In this document: positions 35,914 to 45,788 of the stretch, piece by piece
How positions within the stretch are numbered: position 1 is the first letter of the stretch
Layout of the letters: each line of letters starts with the position of its first letter
Source of the DNA: Nitrospirota bacterium
GTDB taxonomy: Bacteria > Nitrospirota > Thermodesulfovibrionia > Thermodesulfovibrionales > JdFR-88
Length of the DNA stretch: 64,000 nt
Assembly (NCBI GenBank): GCA_014874185.1
Contig: JACWAF010000026.1
Coordinates: forward strand, 15,256 to 79,255
Reading direction: 5' to 3'
Notes under the pieces: model-generated
The model's input: only the letters and a program-made list of their open reading frames with translations
What the model was told of the DNA's origin: nothing
Database searches by the model: none
Translations under genes and position numbers: made by a program

Positions 35914-37131
35914 ATGAAGATACTCCTCCTTACAAACGAGTACCCTCCAAACATATATGGCGGGGCGGGTGTGCATGTAGAGTACCTCTCACGGGAATTG
36001 GCCCTCCTGGATAATGAGGCCCACCGGATAGAGGTCTTCTGCTTCGGCGGCCAGGACATAAGGGAAGGCAACCTCACGGTAAAGGGCGTGAACGCCGCCT
36101 ATGACTTCCCGTCGAAAGACGAAAGACACAAAAAAGTCTTTGACACCTTTCTTAAGGACATGGTCATGGCCGGGACATTCGACGGGGCGGACGTGGTGCA
36201 CTGCCATACATGGTACACGCACATGGCCGGGCTGTTCATTAAAAAGCTGTTCAGTATTCCGCTTGTGCTCACAACCCATTCGCTGGAGCCCCAGCGCCCC
36301 TGGAAGAGGGAACAGCTTGGCAATTCTTATAACCTTTCCTTATGGATAGAGGGTGAGGCCTATCGCGCGGCGGACAGGGTGATCGCGGTCTCCGGCCCCA
36401 TGAAAGAGGACGTGCACAGGGCCTACGGCGTGCCGATGGACAAAGTAGAGGTCATCCACAACGGTATAGACGTAGGCGAATACCGCTACAGGCCGGACCC
36501 GGACCTGCTGAGGAGATACAAAATAGACACGGAGCGGCCTTTCGTGCTCTTCGTGGGCCGGGTTACGAAACAGAAGGGGATAACGCACCTGGTGCGCGCG
36601 GCAAGGCTTCTTGAGCCCGGCACTCAGCTTGTCCTTTGTGCGGGCAGCCCGGACAGCGAAAGGCTGCGCATTTTGGTGGAGAAGGAGATTGAAAGCGCCC
36701 GCAAGGCGAAAGTGGACATTGTCTGGATACCGGAGATGGTCCCCAAGGAAGACCTGATAGCCATTTACAGCGGGGCCGCCGTCTTCGTCTGCCCCTCAAT
36801 CTACGAGCCCTTCGGGCTTATAAACCTTGAGGCGATGGCCTGCGAGACTCCGGTGGTGGCCTCCAAAGTGGGCGGCATACCGGAGGTGGTGGAAGACGGA
36901 AAGACGGGGGTCCTGGTCCCCTTCAAGCCTGTCAGCGCCACCGATCCTGAACCGGCAAAACCCGAGAGGTTCGCACGCGACCTGGCATATGAAATAAACA
37001 GGCTTTTGCGGAAGCCGCAAAAGATCGTGCGGATGGGAGCTGCCGCCCGCCTGCGCGTGGAACAGCACTTCAGCTGGCGGGCGGTGGCGAGGAAGACGAT
37101 GGAAGTGTATAAAGGGGTGGGGAAAAGGTAG
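35914..37131 (+). CDS. GT4-family glycosyltransferase, glycogen-synthase-like (Corynebacterium-type GlgA-like)
   Basis: Contains 'MKILLLTNEYPPNIYGGAGVHVEYLSRELA' and the EX7E region 'YEPFGLINLEAMACETPVVASKVGGIPEVVEDGKTG'. Confidence 0.75.
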   Translation: MKILLLTNEYPPNIYGGAGVHVEYLSRELALLDNEAHRIEVFCFGGQDIREGNLTVKGVNAAYDFPSKDERHKKVFDTFLKDMVMAGTFDGADVVHCHTWYTHMAGLFIKKLFSIPLVLTTHSLEPQRPWKREQLGNSYNLSLWIEGEAYRAADRVIAVSGPMKEDVHRAYGVPMDKVEVIHNGIDVGEYRYRPDPDLLRRYKIDTERPFVLFVGRVTKQKGITHLVRAARLLEPGTQLVLCAGSPDSERLRILVEKEIESARKAKVDIVWIPEMVPKEDLIAIYSGAAVFVCPSIYEPFGLINLEAMACETPVVASKVGGIPEVVEDGKTGVLVPFKPVSATDPEPAKPERFARDLAYEINRLLRKPQKIVRMGAAARLRVEQHFSWRAVARKTMEVYKGVGKR

Positions 37132-37149
37132 GGGGAATTTATATCGGAA

Positions 37150-37327
37150 TTGTCGGGTTACGCTCCGCTAACCCGGCCTTGTATCTACTGCAACCCACCC
37201 CTGCACCCCTCCCAAGAGGGGACTTTTTAAAACTGCACGTGGGAAACTGAACACGTGAGCGTAATTTTTGTGAGAGTCACCCGCCCACGGGTGACCCAAG
37301 ACGGATGCCGAATCGAGTTCGGCATGA
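37150..37327. repeat. intergenic repeat cluster (four short palindromic repeat types)
   Basis: The hairpin GTCGGGTTACGCTCCGCTAACCCGGCC is present. F2 at 37191-37224 is the exact reverse complement of 30729-30762. The copy at 37269-37296 matches the 28-bp palindromic repeat at 26/28. A hairpin ATGCCGAA...TTCGGCAT lies at 37304-37327. Confidence 0.8.
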
Positions 37328-37366
37328 CGGATAAAAAGACCAGAAAATCTATCGGGCCTGGGGACG

Positions 37367-38674
37367 CTACCCAACCGGCAGTTTCACACTAAACATCGTC
37401 CCCGCGTCAGAGCTCTCTACCGATATCGCCCCGCCGTGGCTTTGGACTATGCTATGAGTAATGGCAAGGCCAAGCCCCGTGCCGCCCTCTTTTGTCGTGT
37501 AGAACGGAAGGAATATCTTGTCCCTTATCTCTTCGGGGATGCCAGGGCCGGAGTCGCGGAATTTTATAACCACGAATTCATCCGACAGCGCCGTGCTTAC
37601 CGCAAGCGTGCCGCCCTCGGGCATGGCCTGGAATGCGTTCTGTATCAGATTTGTGAACGCCTGTCTCAAGAGGACCTGGTCCGCCCTGATTATCTCGGGG
37701 CCGTTGAAAGAGAACTCCACCCGGATGCCGCCCCCTTCCGGGAGCGCGCTCTCCGCCAGCGCGCGAAGAAAGGGCTCCATCCGGACCGGGGCCGGCGCTG
37801 GCTCCCTTGGCCGGGCAAAGCTCAGGAACCCGTTTATTATCGAGTCCATCGCGGCGATCTCTTTTTCAATCGCGTCCGCCACGGGCCTAAGCTCTTCAGG
37901 CGCTTTTTTTGACAGCATCTTCGAATAGCCCGCGATCACGCCCATCGGGTTTCTAAGCTCGTGGGCCATGCCTGCCGAAAGCTCCCCAAGGCTTGACAGC
38001 CTTTTTCTCAGTTCGGCCTGCCTCTCCAGCCTCTTGAGGCCGGTGAGGTCCGTAAACACCAGTATCTGCCCGATCCCCTTCCCCCCTGAGTCCAGGAGCG
38101 GACTGATCGAAAACCCAAGCCAGAGTGCCTTCCCGGACCGGGTGCGCAGGTTTGTTTCGCCCCTTTCCACAACCTCGTTCTTTTCGAGCGAATCAAGAAT
38201 GGGGCCGCTCAGTATCGATTCAGCCGGCCCGCCAAGCGCCTCTTCACGCCTGAACTCGAGGATTTTTTCCGCCCTGCCGTTTGCCTTTGTGACCCGCAGC
38301 CCGCCATCCAGGCTTATCACCCCGCTCGATACGCTCTCCAGTATGTTCTCGCTGGATATCTCGAGGAGGCTCGCCCGCTCTTCGGCCATTTTGCGGAGTC
38401 TCTGAAGCTCGGCCTCCTTCTCCTTCAGCTTGGAGACAAGCTCATGGAATGTGCCTGCCATGAAACCCGTTTCGGAGGCCCGCGCCTCCCTGGCGTTCGC
38501 CCTGGAATAGAGTCTTATGAAACTCCACCCCAAAAAGAACGTGGTCGTCGCGGTGATCACAATTAACAGGAATTTGAGATTAGGCGACTTGGCCCAGCCG
38601 GTCCAGAAATTCAGGCCTAAAACGGCAAGCACTAATATCAGGAGGACAATTATGAAATTCTTAACGCCAGCCAC
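37367..38674 (-). CDS. sensor histidine kinase (2 TM + PAS-like + HisKA + HATPase_c; NtrB/PilS-like)
   Basis: H-box 'AGMAHELRNPM', N-box 'LIQNAFQAM', G-boxes 'RDSGPGI' and 'GGTGLGLAI'. The GTG start overlaps the pilD end by 14 nt. Confidence 0.85.
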   Translation of the reverse strand: MAGVKNFIIVLLILVLAVLGLNFWTGWAKSPNLKFLLIVITATTTFFLGWSFIRLYSRANAREARASETGFMAGTFHELVSKLKEKEAELQRLRKMAEERASLLEISSENILESVSSGVISLDGGLRVTKANGRAEKILEFRREEALGGPAESILSGPILDSLEKNEVVERGETNLRTRSGKALWLGFSISPLLDSGGKGIGQILVFTDLTGLKRLERQAELRKRLSSLGELSAGMAHELRNPMGVIAGYSKMLSKKAPEELRPVADAIEKEIAAMDSIINGFLSFARPREPAPAPVRMEPFLRALAESALPEGGGIRVEFSFNGPEIIRADQVLLRQAFTNLIQNAFQAMPEGGTLAVSTALSDEFVVIKFRDSGPGIPEEIRDKIFLPFYTTKEGGTGLGLAITHSIVQSHGGAISVESSDAGTMFSVKLPVG

Positions 38675-39464
38675 TGAGGTACCAGTTTGCTATTTCCTGC
38701 CCATAGAGGAGGCTCACTATGGCCCCCAGGGCAAGAAAGGGGCCAAACGGGATCTTGCTCTTCCTGCCCTTTCCCTTGAACACCATAAGATAAAGCCCGA
38801 TGACGGAGCCGAACAGGCTTCCCGTGAAGGTGGTGAGCAGCACCCCCTTCCACCCCAGGAACGCCCCTACCATGGCCATCATCTTTATGTCCCCGCCGCC
38901 CATGCCGCCCCTGCTTGCCACGGCCACTACGTAATAAAGCCCGAACCCCAGGGCCGCCCCGATGAGAGTGGTCATTATCCCCATGTGCATGGACCTGGCG
39001 AACGGGTCCGGAAGGAGCAGCCATCCTGCAATAATGCCGATTATCGCCCCCGGGATGGTTATCTCGTCCGGGATTATCTGGAACTCGATGTCTATGAAGG
39101 TGATGATGAGCAGGGCGCTTCCCAGCGCGAGGAAGAAGGGCAGGGCCCAGGAGATGCCGTATTTATACAGGACAAGCACGTAGAGTATGCCGTTCATGAC
39201 CTCGACAAGCGGATAAATGACGGATATCGGCTCTCCGCAGCGCCTGCACCTGCCCCTCAAAAAGATATAGCTGAGGACGGGTATATTGTCCCATGGCTTT
39301 ATGCGCGCGCCGCAGCGCGGGCAGGCCGAGGGCGGGTTCACTATCGATTTCTCTCTGGGGAGCCTGTAGATGCAGACGTTTGCGAAAGAGCCCACTATGA
39401 GGCCCAATATGAAAAAGAACGCATACAGAACGGCGGGATTATCCAAAGGCGGGCTAAGGACCAT
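38661..39464 (-). CDS. pilD: prepilin peptidase (A24 family)
   Basis: Cys-rich N-methylase region 'CPRCGARIKPWDNIPVLSYIFLRGRCRRCGEPIS'. The catalytic Asp motifs are 'GGGDIKMMA' and 'IPFGPFLALG'. Confidence 0.9.
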   Translation of the reverse strand: MVLSPPLDNPAVLYAFFFILGLIVGSFANVCIYRLPREKSIVNPPSACPRCGARIKPWDNIPVLSYIFLRGRCRRCGEPISVIYPLVEVMNGILYVLVLYKYGISWALPFFLALGSALLIITFIDIEFQIIPDEITIPGAIIGIIAGWLLLPDPFARSMHMGIMTTLIGAALGFGLYYVVAVASRGGMGGGDIKMMAMVGAFLGWKGVLLTTFTGSLFGSVIGLYLMVFKGKGRKSKIPFGPFLALGAIVSLLYGQEIANWYLSGWR

Positions 39465-39777
39465 CTTTTCCGGGCCCCTTCACAATCTGGGAGGCCTTCT
39501 CCCTCAGCTCTTCTATCTCCTGCCCCAGGACTTCCATCCTGGCCAGAAGCTCTTTCGTCTGCTGGTCTTTTCCAAAAAAGGAAAGCCGGTCGCGCTCCTC
39601 GAAGACCTTCTCTCCTATGAGGGCCGCCAGCTTGTCCCTTTCTCTCTTGAGCTTTTCGGCATCGCCCATCACCTTGAAGTAGGCCATCTCCACCTTCAAT
39701 CTTGCGTTCACAAGCTCGGCGAACCACCTGAATTTCCGGATACCCGCGCGGAAGTTTTCTTTTACCCGGCTCAGCAT
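39454..39777 (-). CDS. hypothetical coiled-coil protein
   Basis: 107 aa with a charged heptad-like sequence. It sits between recG and pilD on the same strand with an 11-nt overlap. I recognise no family. Confidence 0.45.
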   Translation of the reverse strand: MLSRVKENFRAGIRKFRWFAELVNARLKVEMAYFKVMGDAEKLKRERDKLAALIGEKVFEERDRLSFFGKDQQTKELLARMEVLGQEIEELREKASQIVKGPGKDGP

Positions 39778-39813
39778 GAAGTAGTATAAATGATTTTCAT
39801 GCCGCCCTGCATG

Positions 39814-41910
39814 CTATCCGCCCTTCAGGGCCATGGCTTTTCCGGCCCAGAATTCCTCCATCTCGCGGGCCAGCGCGGCAGAGGCGGAAAGGTGCCTGCC
39901 TCTCTTGATGAATTCAGAGGCCTCTTTCCTTGCGGCAAGGAAAAGCTCCCTGTCCCGGATGAGGTCCGCCCTCATAAGTTCCGGCAGGCCGGACTGCTTC
40001 GTCCCCAGGAACTCCCCCGGCCCCCTTATCAGAAAATCCTCTTCGGCAATCCTGAACCCGTCCGTGGTGGCAAGCATCGCCCGGAGCCTGCGCGCGGCCT
40101 CCTCTGTAAGGGGCGGATAGGCAAGGAGCAGGCACTTGGAAGGCCGGCTGCCCCTTCCCACGCGGCCCCTTAACTGGTGGAGCTGACTGAGGCCGAACCT
40201 CTCGGCATGGACTATCAGCATAAGGGTGGCGCCCGGCACGTCCACCCCCACCTCTATCACCGTGGTCGAAACCAGGATATCTATTTCGCCCCCGCGCATG
40301 GCGCGCATCACGGCCTCACGCTCGTCCTCCGGCATCCTGCCATGAAGGAGGGCCACCCTGGCCCGGGGGAATTTTTGCCTGAACCCTTCAAACCCTTTAA
40401 CCACTGAGCGCAGGGACTCCTTCTCCGGTCCCTCTATGACAGGGTAGACGGCATAGACCTGTCCGCCCGCCTCCAGTTCCCGCGAGATTGCCTCGTAGAC
40501 CTTTCCTTTCTCGCCCTCGTAATGAAGTTCGGTCTTCACGGGGGTCCTCCCGCCGGGCAGTTCGTATATGGTGGAGATGTCCAGGTCCCCGTAGATACTG
40601 AGGGCCAGGGTGCGGGGGATGGGTGTGGCCGTCATCACCAGGAGATGCGGACAGGGCCCTTCTTTTTCGGCCTTGGCGAAGAGGGCGGCCCTCTGCATCA
40701 CGCCGAAGCGGTGCTGCTCGTCGATCACGGCAAGGGCCAGGTTTTTGAACCTGACCGCCTCGGATATGAGGGCGTGTGTGCCGATTGCAACCTGCACCTG
40801 GCCGGAGGCGATGTCCCTGTACAGGCTGCTTTTCTTTTTTGTCCCGCTTGTAAGGAGCGCGGCGCGGATGCCCAATTCATTAAGCCAGGCGTGGATATTC
40901 ATGAAGTGCTGGCCCGCGAGTATCTCCGTTGGGGCCATGAGCGCGGCCTGAAAACCCTGCTCCACGGCGTGGACGATAGCTGAAATTGCCACCACCGTCT
41001 TTCCGGAGCCCACGTCCCCCTGCAGGAGGCGTTTCATCGGGTGCCCCTGGGACATGTCGCGGGTTATTTCCTCTACGGCCTTTTCCTGACCGGCGGTGAG
41101 CTTGAAGGGCAGGCGGGCCAGAAACCTTTTAAGGAGGTCCCCATCCGGTTTAACAGGCAAAGCGGCCAGCCTTTCCTCATCCCGCGCCCGGAGGGACATG
41201 CCCAGGGAGAGCAGAAAAAGCTCATCGAAGAAGACCCGCTTCTGCCATGGGCTCCGGAAGGCGTTCAGCTCACTTATATCCGCCTTTTCACCGGGCCCGT
41301 GTATGCGAAGGATGCTTTCTTTCAATCCTGGGAGCGAGTTTCTCTCCAGTATGTCTTCGGGCATGAACTCTTCCATTTGAGGGAGGTATTCCCGGAGGGC
41401 CTCGCGCACTATGTTGCGCATCACCTTGCCGGAAAGCCCCTCGGTAAGCTTATAGGCCGGAAGGACGCGCCCCGCTTTTTCCCCCTGCTGAAGCAGGGTC
41501 TCGTAGGCGGGGGATTCCATCTCGATGGATTTCTCGAAAAAATTATATTGGACGGCCCCGCTTAAAAGGACGCGCTGGCCTTTCCTGAACCTGTTTTTAA
41601 GGAAGGGCTGGTTGAACCACTTGCACTTCAGGCGCCCGGTGCCGTCAGTGACCAGAAGCTCGAATATTTTTTTTCTTGCCCGCAGGGTGGTGCGAAGGTT
41701 TGCGGAGAGGACCTCTGCCCGGACGATGGCGCTCGTGCCGGGCTGGAGTTCGGATATTTTCCTAAGCTCTCCCATGTCCTGATAGCGGAACGGGAGATAA
41801 TAAAGCACGTCCTTTGCGGAGTTTATCCCCAGGGTGGAAAGGAGCGCCGCCTTTTTCTCCCCGACCCCTTTAATGGCCTGGACGGGGACCCTGGAGAGGC
41901 TTTCAGGCAT
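39814..41910 (-). CDS. recG: ATP-dependent DNA helicase RecG
   Basis: Walker A 'GDVGSGKT', 'VIDEQHRFGV', 'LHGRM' and an N-terminal wedge/OB region. The length of 698 aa fits. Confidence 0.95.
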   Translation of the reverse strand: MPESLSRVPVQAIKGVGEKKAALLSTLGINSAKDVLYYLPFRYQDMGELRKISELQPGTSAIVRAEVLSANLRTTLRARKKIFELLVTDGTGRLKCKWFNQPFLKNRFRKGQRVLLSGAVQYNFFEKSIEMESPAYETLLQQGEKAGRVLPAYKLTEGLSGKVMRNIVREALREYLPQMEEFMPEDILERNSLPGLKESILRIHGPGEKADISELNAFRSPWQKRVFFDELFLLSLGMSLRARDEERLAALPVKPDGDLLKRFLARLPFKLTAGQEKAVEEITRDMSQGHPMKRLLQGDVGSGKTVVAISAIVHAVEQGFQAALMAPTEILAGQHFMNIHAWLNELGIRAALLTSGTKKKSSLYRDIASGQVQVAIGTHALISEAVRFKNLALAVIDEQHRFGVMQRAALFAKAEKEGPCPHLLVMTATPIPRTLALSIYGDLDISTIYELPGGRTPVKTELHYEGEKGKVYEAISRELEAGGQVYAVYPVIEGPEKESLRSVVKGFEGFRQKFPRARVALLHGRMPEDEREAVMRAMRGGEIDILVSTTVIEVGVDVPGATLMLIVHAERFGLSQLHQLRGRVGRGSRPSKCLLLAYPPLTEEAARRLRAMLATTDGFRIAEEDFLIRGPGEFLGTKQSGLPELMRADLIRDRELFLAARKEASEFIKRGRHLSASAALAREMEEFWAGKAMALKGG

Positions 41911-43021
41911 CAGGCGGCGGTGTCTTCTGCTTGGGCCTTTCCTTTACGACCTCTTCGAAGGCCGCTTCGGCCTCCTGCATCTTCATCTTGGAGTACTCGG
42001 TGTCGCTTATGATATCTATGTCCCAGCCCGTAAGCTTCATGGCGAGCCGCACGTTCTGGCCCTTCTTCCCTATCGCGATGGAGAGCTGCTGGTCACTGAC
42101 CACTACGAAAGCGGCCTTCTCTTCCTCGTTCACGCCCACCCTGTCTATGGTGGCCGGGGAGAGGGCGCGCGCAATCAGCACCCTTGGGTCGTCCGTCCAG
42201 GGGATTATGTCTATCCGCTCCCCGCGCAGTTCCCTCACTATGGACTGGACGCGGGTGCCCTTCATGCCCACGCAGGCCCCGACGGGGTCTATGGAGGGCT
42301 CAGTGGAATAGACCGCTATCTTCGTCCTCTCGCCCGGCTCGCGGACGATGTCCCTGACCTTAACCAGGCCCTCGGATATCTCCGGCACCTCCATCTTGAA
42401 GAGCTCGGCCACAAACTTCGGGTTCGTGCGGGATATGATGATAAGCGGCCCCTTGGGGGTGTTCCTTATCTCTTCTATGTAGCCCTTTGCGAAATCGCCC
42501 CTCCGCAGGTTCTCACCGGGAAGGGCCTCCTTTATGGGCAGGGCGGCCTCGGTCTTGCCGATATTTACGAAATAGAAGCCTTTTTCCTTCCTTATTACGG
42601 TGCCGCTTATGATCTGGCCGACCTTGTCCTTGAACTCGTTGAAGAGGGCGTCCCGCTCGGCGTCGCGCATCCTCTGCAATATCACCTGCTTGGCGGTCTG
42701 CGCGGCAATCCTGCCGAAGTCGGCAGGGGCAAGCTCCATCTCGACCGTTTCCCCAAGGTTCTTCTCAGGCGACTGCGCCCTTGCCTCTTCCAGGGTCATC
42801 TCCTCGTCGGGGTTTTCCACCTTCTCGACTATCCGCTTGATCTCATAAATATGAATTTTCAAGGTGGCAGGGTCTATCTTGAGGTCTATGTTGGTCCTGC
42901 CCCCGTAGCGCTTCCTTGCCGCGGAAAGCAGGGCGCTTTCCAGGGCGGAGACCAATACGCTCCTGGATATGCCTTTTTCCCGGCATATCTGGTCTATCAG
43001 GAAATTCACCTCTTTTATCAA
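41903..43021 (-). CDS. nusA: transcription termination/antitermination factor NusA (short form without C-terminal AR domains)
   Basis: N-terminus 'LIDQICREKGISRSVLVSALESALLSAARKRYG', an S1 region, and KH motifs 'GACVGMKGTRVQSIVREL' and 'AIGKKGQNVRLAMKLTGWDIDI'. Confidence 0.95.
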   Translation of the reverse strand: MIKEVNFLIDQICREKGISRSVLVSALESALLSAARKRYGGRTNIDLKIDPATLKIHIYEIKRIVEKVENPDEEMTLEEARAQSPEKNLGETVEMELAPADFGRIAAQTAKQVILQRMRDAERDALFNEFKDKVGQIISGTVIRKEKGFYFVNIGKTEAALPIKEALPGENLRRGDFAKGYIEEIRNTPKGPLIIISRTNPKFVAELFKMEVPEISEGLVKVRDIVREPGERTKIAVYSTEPSIDPVGACVGMKGTRVQSIVRELRGERIDIIPWTDDPRVLIARALSPATIDRVGVNEEEKAAFVVVSDQQLSIAIGKKGQNVRLAMKLTGWDIDIISDTEYSKMKMQEAEAAFEEVVKERPKQKTPPPDA

Positions 43022-43473
43022 ATCTCCACCTCTAGGCGCGCCTTTTTTACAAGTTCATAAGGGATTTTTACATCCCGCCCTTCAATCCTCAACATGAAGG
43101 AATCGTCCGCCGCCTCAAGGAGCCTGCCTATGAAAAACGTCTGCCCCTCAACCGGCCCGCTGGTCACCACCCTCGCGAGCTTACCAATTTGTCTCTTAAA
43201 ATCATTGGGCTTTTTGAGGGGCCTGTCAAGACCGGGCGAGGAGACTTCCAGGGTATAGGGGCCCGGTATCAGGTCCTCTACGTCCAGAACGGGGCCCAGC
43301 TCGCGGCTCATCAGCTCGCAGTCCCTGATGGTGACTCCTCCTTCCTTGTCTATGTAAACTCTCAGGATATGCCTGCGCCCGCTTCCGGCAAGCTCCACGC
43401 CCTCAAGGCTGACGCCCAGAGCGCCCGCGATCTCCTCCGCAAGCCCGGCAACCCTCTCTTCAATTCTGCCCAT
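43018..43473 (-). CDS. rimP: ribosome maturation factor RimP
   Basis: Contains 'ILRVYIDKEGGVTIRDCELMSRELGPVLDVEDLIPGPYTLEVSSPGLDRPL'. The ATG at 43473 is preferred, and the gene overlaps the nusA start. Confidence 0.9.
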   Translation of the reverse strand: MGRIEERVAGLAEEIAGALGVSLEGVELAGSGRRHILRVYIDKEGGVTIRDCELMSRELGPVLDVEDLIPGPYTLEVSSPGLDRPLKKPNDFKRQIGKLARVVTSGPVEGQTFFIGRLLEAADDSFMLRIEGRDVKIPYELVKKARLEVEI

Positions 43474-43722
43474 ACCAAGACCCCAAACCGCCAGCCATAT
43501 TTTTAGGCGGCCCCTTCCGGAAGACGCCCCAATCACCCGGACAGGCCCGCTCCCGTACGGAACACAACCCGATGCGCCCCGGAAAACACTTCCGGGACGG
43601 CAAATCCGGCCCCCTATAAAACAAAAGAGTGGTCGCCCACTCTCGTAAATAGAAAACCCGAATTTGTTTAATTTTAGCAGTTCGGGAAAATAAATACAAT
43701 ATTCAGTATGTCCGGGGCCGGG

Positions 43723-44451
43723 TCACTGCCCCTTTTGCGAGGCCTTTTCCGGCTCGAAGAGCGAATCCGGAAGGCCCGGGTTCACCTCGAAGGATTTTAT
43801 CCGGCTTACCGATACGGGCTTGCCGTCAACGAGCATCTCGGTCCTGTACGGTATCTGCCAGTCCTTCACCGGGTGGAAATCTGAGAATACCCATTCGGCC
43901 TTCCCCTGGGATGTGTCGCTTTCGGCCTTCAGGAGCACAAGTCCGTCCTTGCTCACCCATATCTTTGTAGCGGGCGAGTTTTTCTGCTCTTTTATCTCTA
44001 TTATATAAGCCTCCTTGCCGTCTACCTTTTCCTCCCCCGCCACCCTGGCCCTGCTGGATATCCCCGACCACCATTTATCCTCGGTCTTCAGCCGGTCGGC
44101 CTCCTGGGCCGATAGCTTGCGGGTGCCTTGCGGAGTAACCAGCCATCCGTTCTTCCCGTCGTATATCATCGTGCTCACCAGGGATGGTTTTCCGCCCTGC
44201 GGGCTTGGCATGTAAGATTCTATGCGGACCTTGCCGCCTTTTTTGTAGACGTCCTGTTCGGCGTTCATCTTTCCGTTGGGCCCTTCCGCGCTGACCTCCG
44301 TTTTCATGGCTATCTGGCTGAACTCCGCCTCAAAATGCTCGTATTTCGATTTTATCTTTTCGAGGACGCCGTCGGGTCCAGCGGCCCCCGCCAGGACGGG
44401 AATTGCAAGAAGACATAAGAGCAGATACGCGATTACCGGGTCCTTTCTCAT
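43723..44451 (-). CDS. LolA-like / outer-membrane lipoprotein-sorting-like periplasmic protein
   Basis: It has a signal peptide (start 44451, SD GGAGGG). The beta-rich sequence has 'VDGKEAYIIEI...', typical of LolA_like/DUF4367 proteins from memory. Confidence 0.5.
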   Translation of the reverse strand: MRKDPVIAYLLLCLLAIPVLAGAAGPDGVLEKIKSKYEHFEAEFSQIAMKTEVSAEGPNGKMNAEQDVYKKGGKVRIESYMPSPQGGKPSLVSTMIYDGKNGWLVTPQGTRKLSAQEADRLKTEDKWWSGISSRARVAGEEKVDGKEAYIIEIKEQKNSPATKIWVSKDGLVLLKAESDTSQGKAEWVFSDFHPVKDWQIPYRTEMLVDGKPVSVSRIKSFEVNPGLPDSLFEPEKASQKGQ

Positions 44452-44733
44452 AGGCCCTCCCTCCGGGATTTTTTCTGGTGAGCAGTCTGTCAAGGAACAA
44501 AGCCCGCCCAGATAGCCGTCTTGCAGACATGGTTTCCAAATTCCTGCCCCCAAACACCATGTTACCATAGGGGCGGGGCGAGTCAATACGGGACGTATCC
44601 CCTTTTTTTATAAGGCTTTTTTTAGAAATTTTTTACATTGACAACAGGTATGTACCGTGCTATAAAGAGTACAACCTGTATTTCAGGTTTCATTTTTTCC
44701 CTGGGAGGGGAAGATCAAGGAGGTTTCAGAAGC

Positions 44734-44940
44734 ATGTCGTTAGAGGGTAAGGTTAAATGGTTCAACGAGACCAAGGGGTATGGCTTTATTCAGCAGGAGA
44801 ACGGGTCTGATATCTTTGTCCATTATACTGCGATAAAGAGCGATGGTTTCAGGACACTTGCCGAAGGCGACAAGGTGAGCTTCGAGATCGTCGAGGGCGA
44901 GCGGGGCCCGAAGGCATCCAACGTAATGAAAATAAACTGA
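44734..44940 (+). CDS. cold-shock protein (CspA family)
   Basis: Contains '[15 protein letters not shown]' (RNP-1) and 'IFVHYTAI' (RNP-2). The SD AAGGAGG precedes the ATG at 44734. The untranslated leader is long, as usual for csp genes. Confidence 0.95.
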   Translation: MSLEGKVKWFNETKGYGFIQQENGSDIFVHYTAIKSDGFRTLAEGDKVSFEIVEGERGPKASNVMKIN

Positions 44941-44946
44941 AGAAAC

Positions 44947-44985
44947 CGGGGGGCCGGCGCGGACGCGAGGCCCCCCCTTCTTTCC
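44947..44985 (+). terminator. intrinsic terminator after csp
   Basis: A GGGGGGCC ... GGCCCCCC stem followed by TTCTTTCC. Confidence 0.5.
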
Positions 44986-45051
44986 AGCCTTTTCGAATTT
45001 TTCCCTTCCAAAACATTGACTTCCAGGCCGCCCCGGTGCTAAAGTGTCATC

Positions 45052-45771
45052 ATGCCAGTGTTCTTAGTCCTGATACTGCTGCTTTTATCCGGAAGGGCTG
45101 AAGCCGGGATATACAAGTACATAGACCAAAGCGGCAATATCGGCTTCTCCGATGTCCCCAGATCCGGTTCCATCCTGTATTTGAAAGACGCCAGACCGGC
45201 AAGGGCGGCAAAGGCCGGCTACTCCGCCCCGATGCGCACGCCGGGCCCCGACCTGGAGCGGATAATCAGGAAGAACGCCCGGGAGAACAGCCTTCCGGCC
45301 GGGCTCGTGAAGGCCGTGATCGGGGTGGAGTCCAACTTCAATCACCAGGCGGTCTCCTCAAAGGGGGCCATGGGGCTGATGCAGCTCATGCCCCAGACGG
45401 CCAGTCTTATGGGTGTGACCGATATATTCAACCCGGAGGAGAACATAGAGGGCGGGGTCAGGTATCTCAGGCTTCTGCTGAACAGGTTCAACGGGGACCT
45501 GGAGCGCGCCCTTGCGGCTTACAATGCCGGCCCCTCCGCCGTGGAAAAATACAACGGGATGCCGCCTTATAAAGAGACCAAGGATTACGTGAGGAAGGTT
45601 ACAAGCATCTACCAGGGCAAAAAGCCCCTTGCGGCCAGCGTCCCCATGGCAAGGCCCGTCTCTTATAAGCCCCAAAGAAAGACGGTGGTAAAGAAGACCC
45701 CGGTCATCTACAAGGTGGTCCTGGAGGACGGTTCCGTCCTCTATACCAACAACTACCCACAACAGCCCTGA
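45052..45771 (+). CDS. lytic transglycosylase (SLT domain) with DUF4124-like N-terminus
   Basis: It has a signal peptide and 'IYKYIDQSGNIGFSD'. The SLT catalytic block is 'VIGVESNFNHQAVSSKGAMGLMQLMPQTA' with 'AYNAGP'. Confidence 0.85.
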   Translation: MPVFLVLILLLLSGRAEAGIYKYIDQSGNIGFSDVPRSGSILYLKDARPARAAKAGYSAPMRTPGPDLERIIRKNARENSLPAGLVKAVIGVESNFNHQAVSSKGAMGLMQLMPQTASLMGVTDIFNPEENIEGGVRYLRLLLNRFNGDLERALAAYNAGPSAVEKYNGMPPYKETKDYVRKVTSIYQGKKPLAASVPMARPVSYKPQRKTVVKKTPVIYKVVLEDGSVLYTNNYPQQP

Positions 45772-45788
45772 AAGAGTTAAAATATTCG

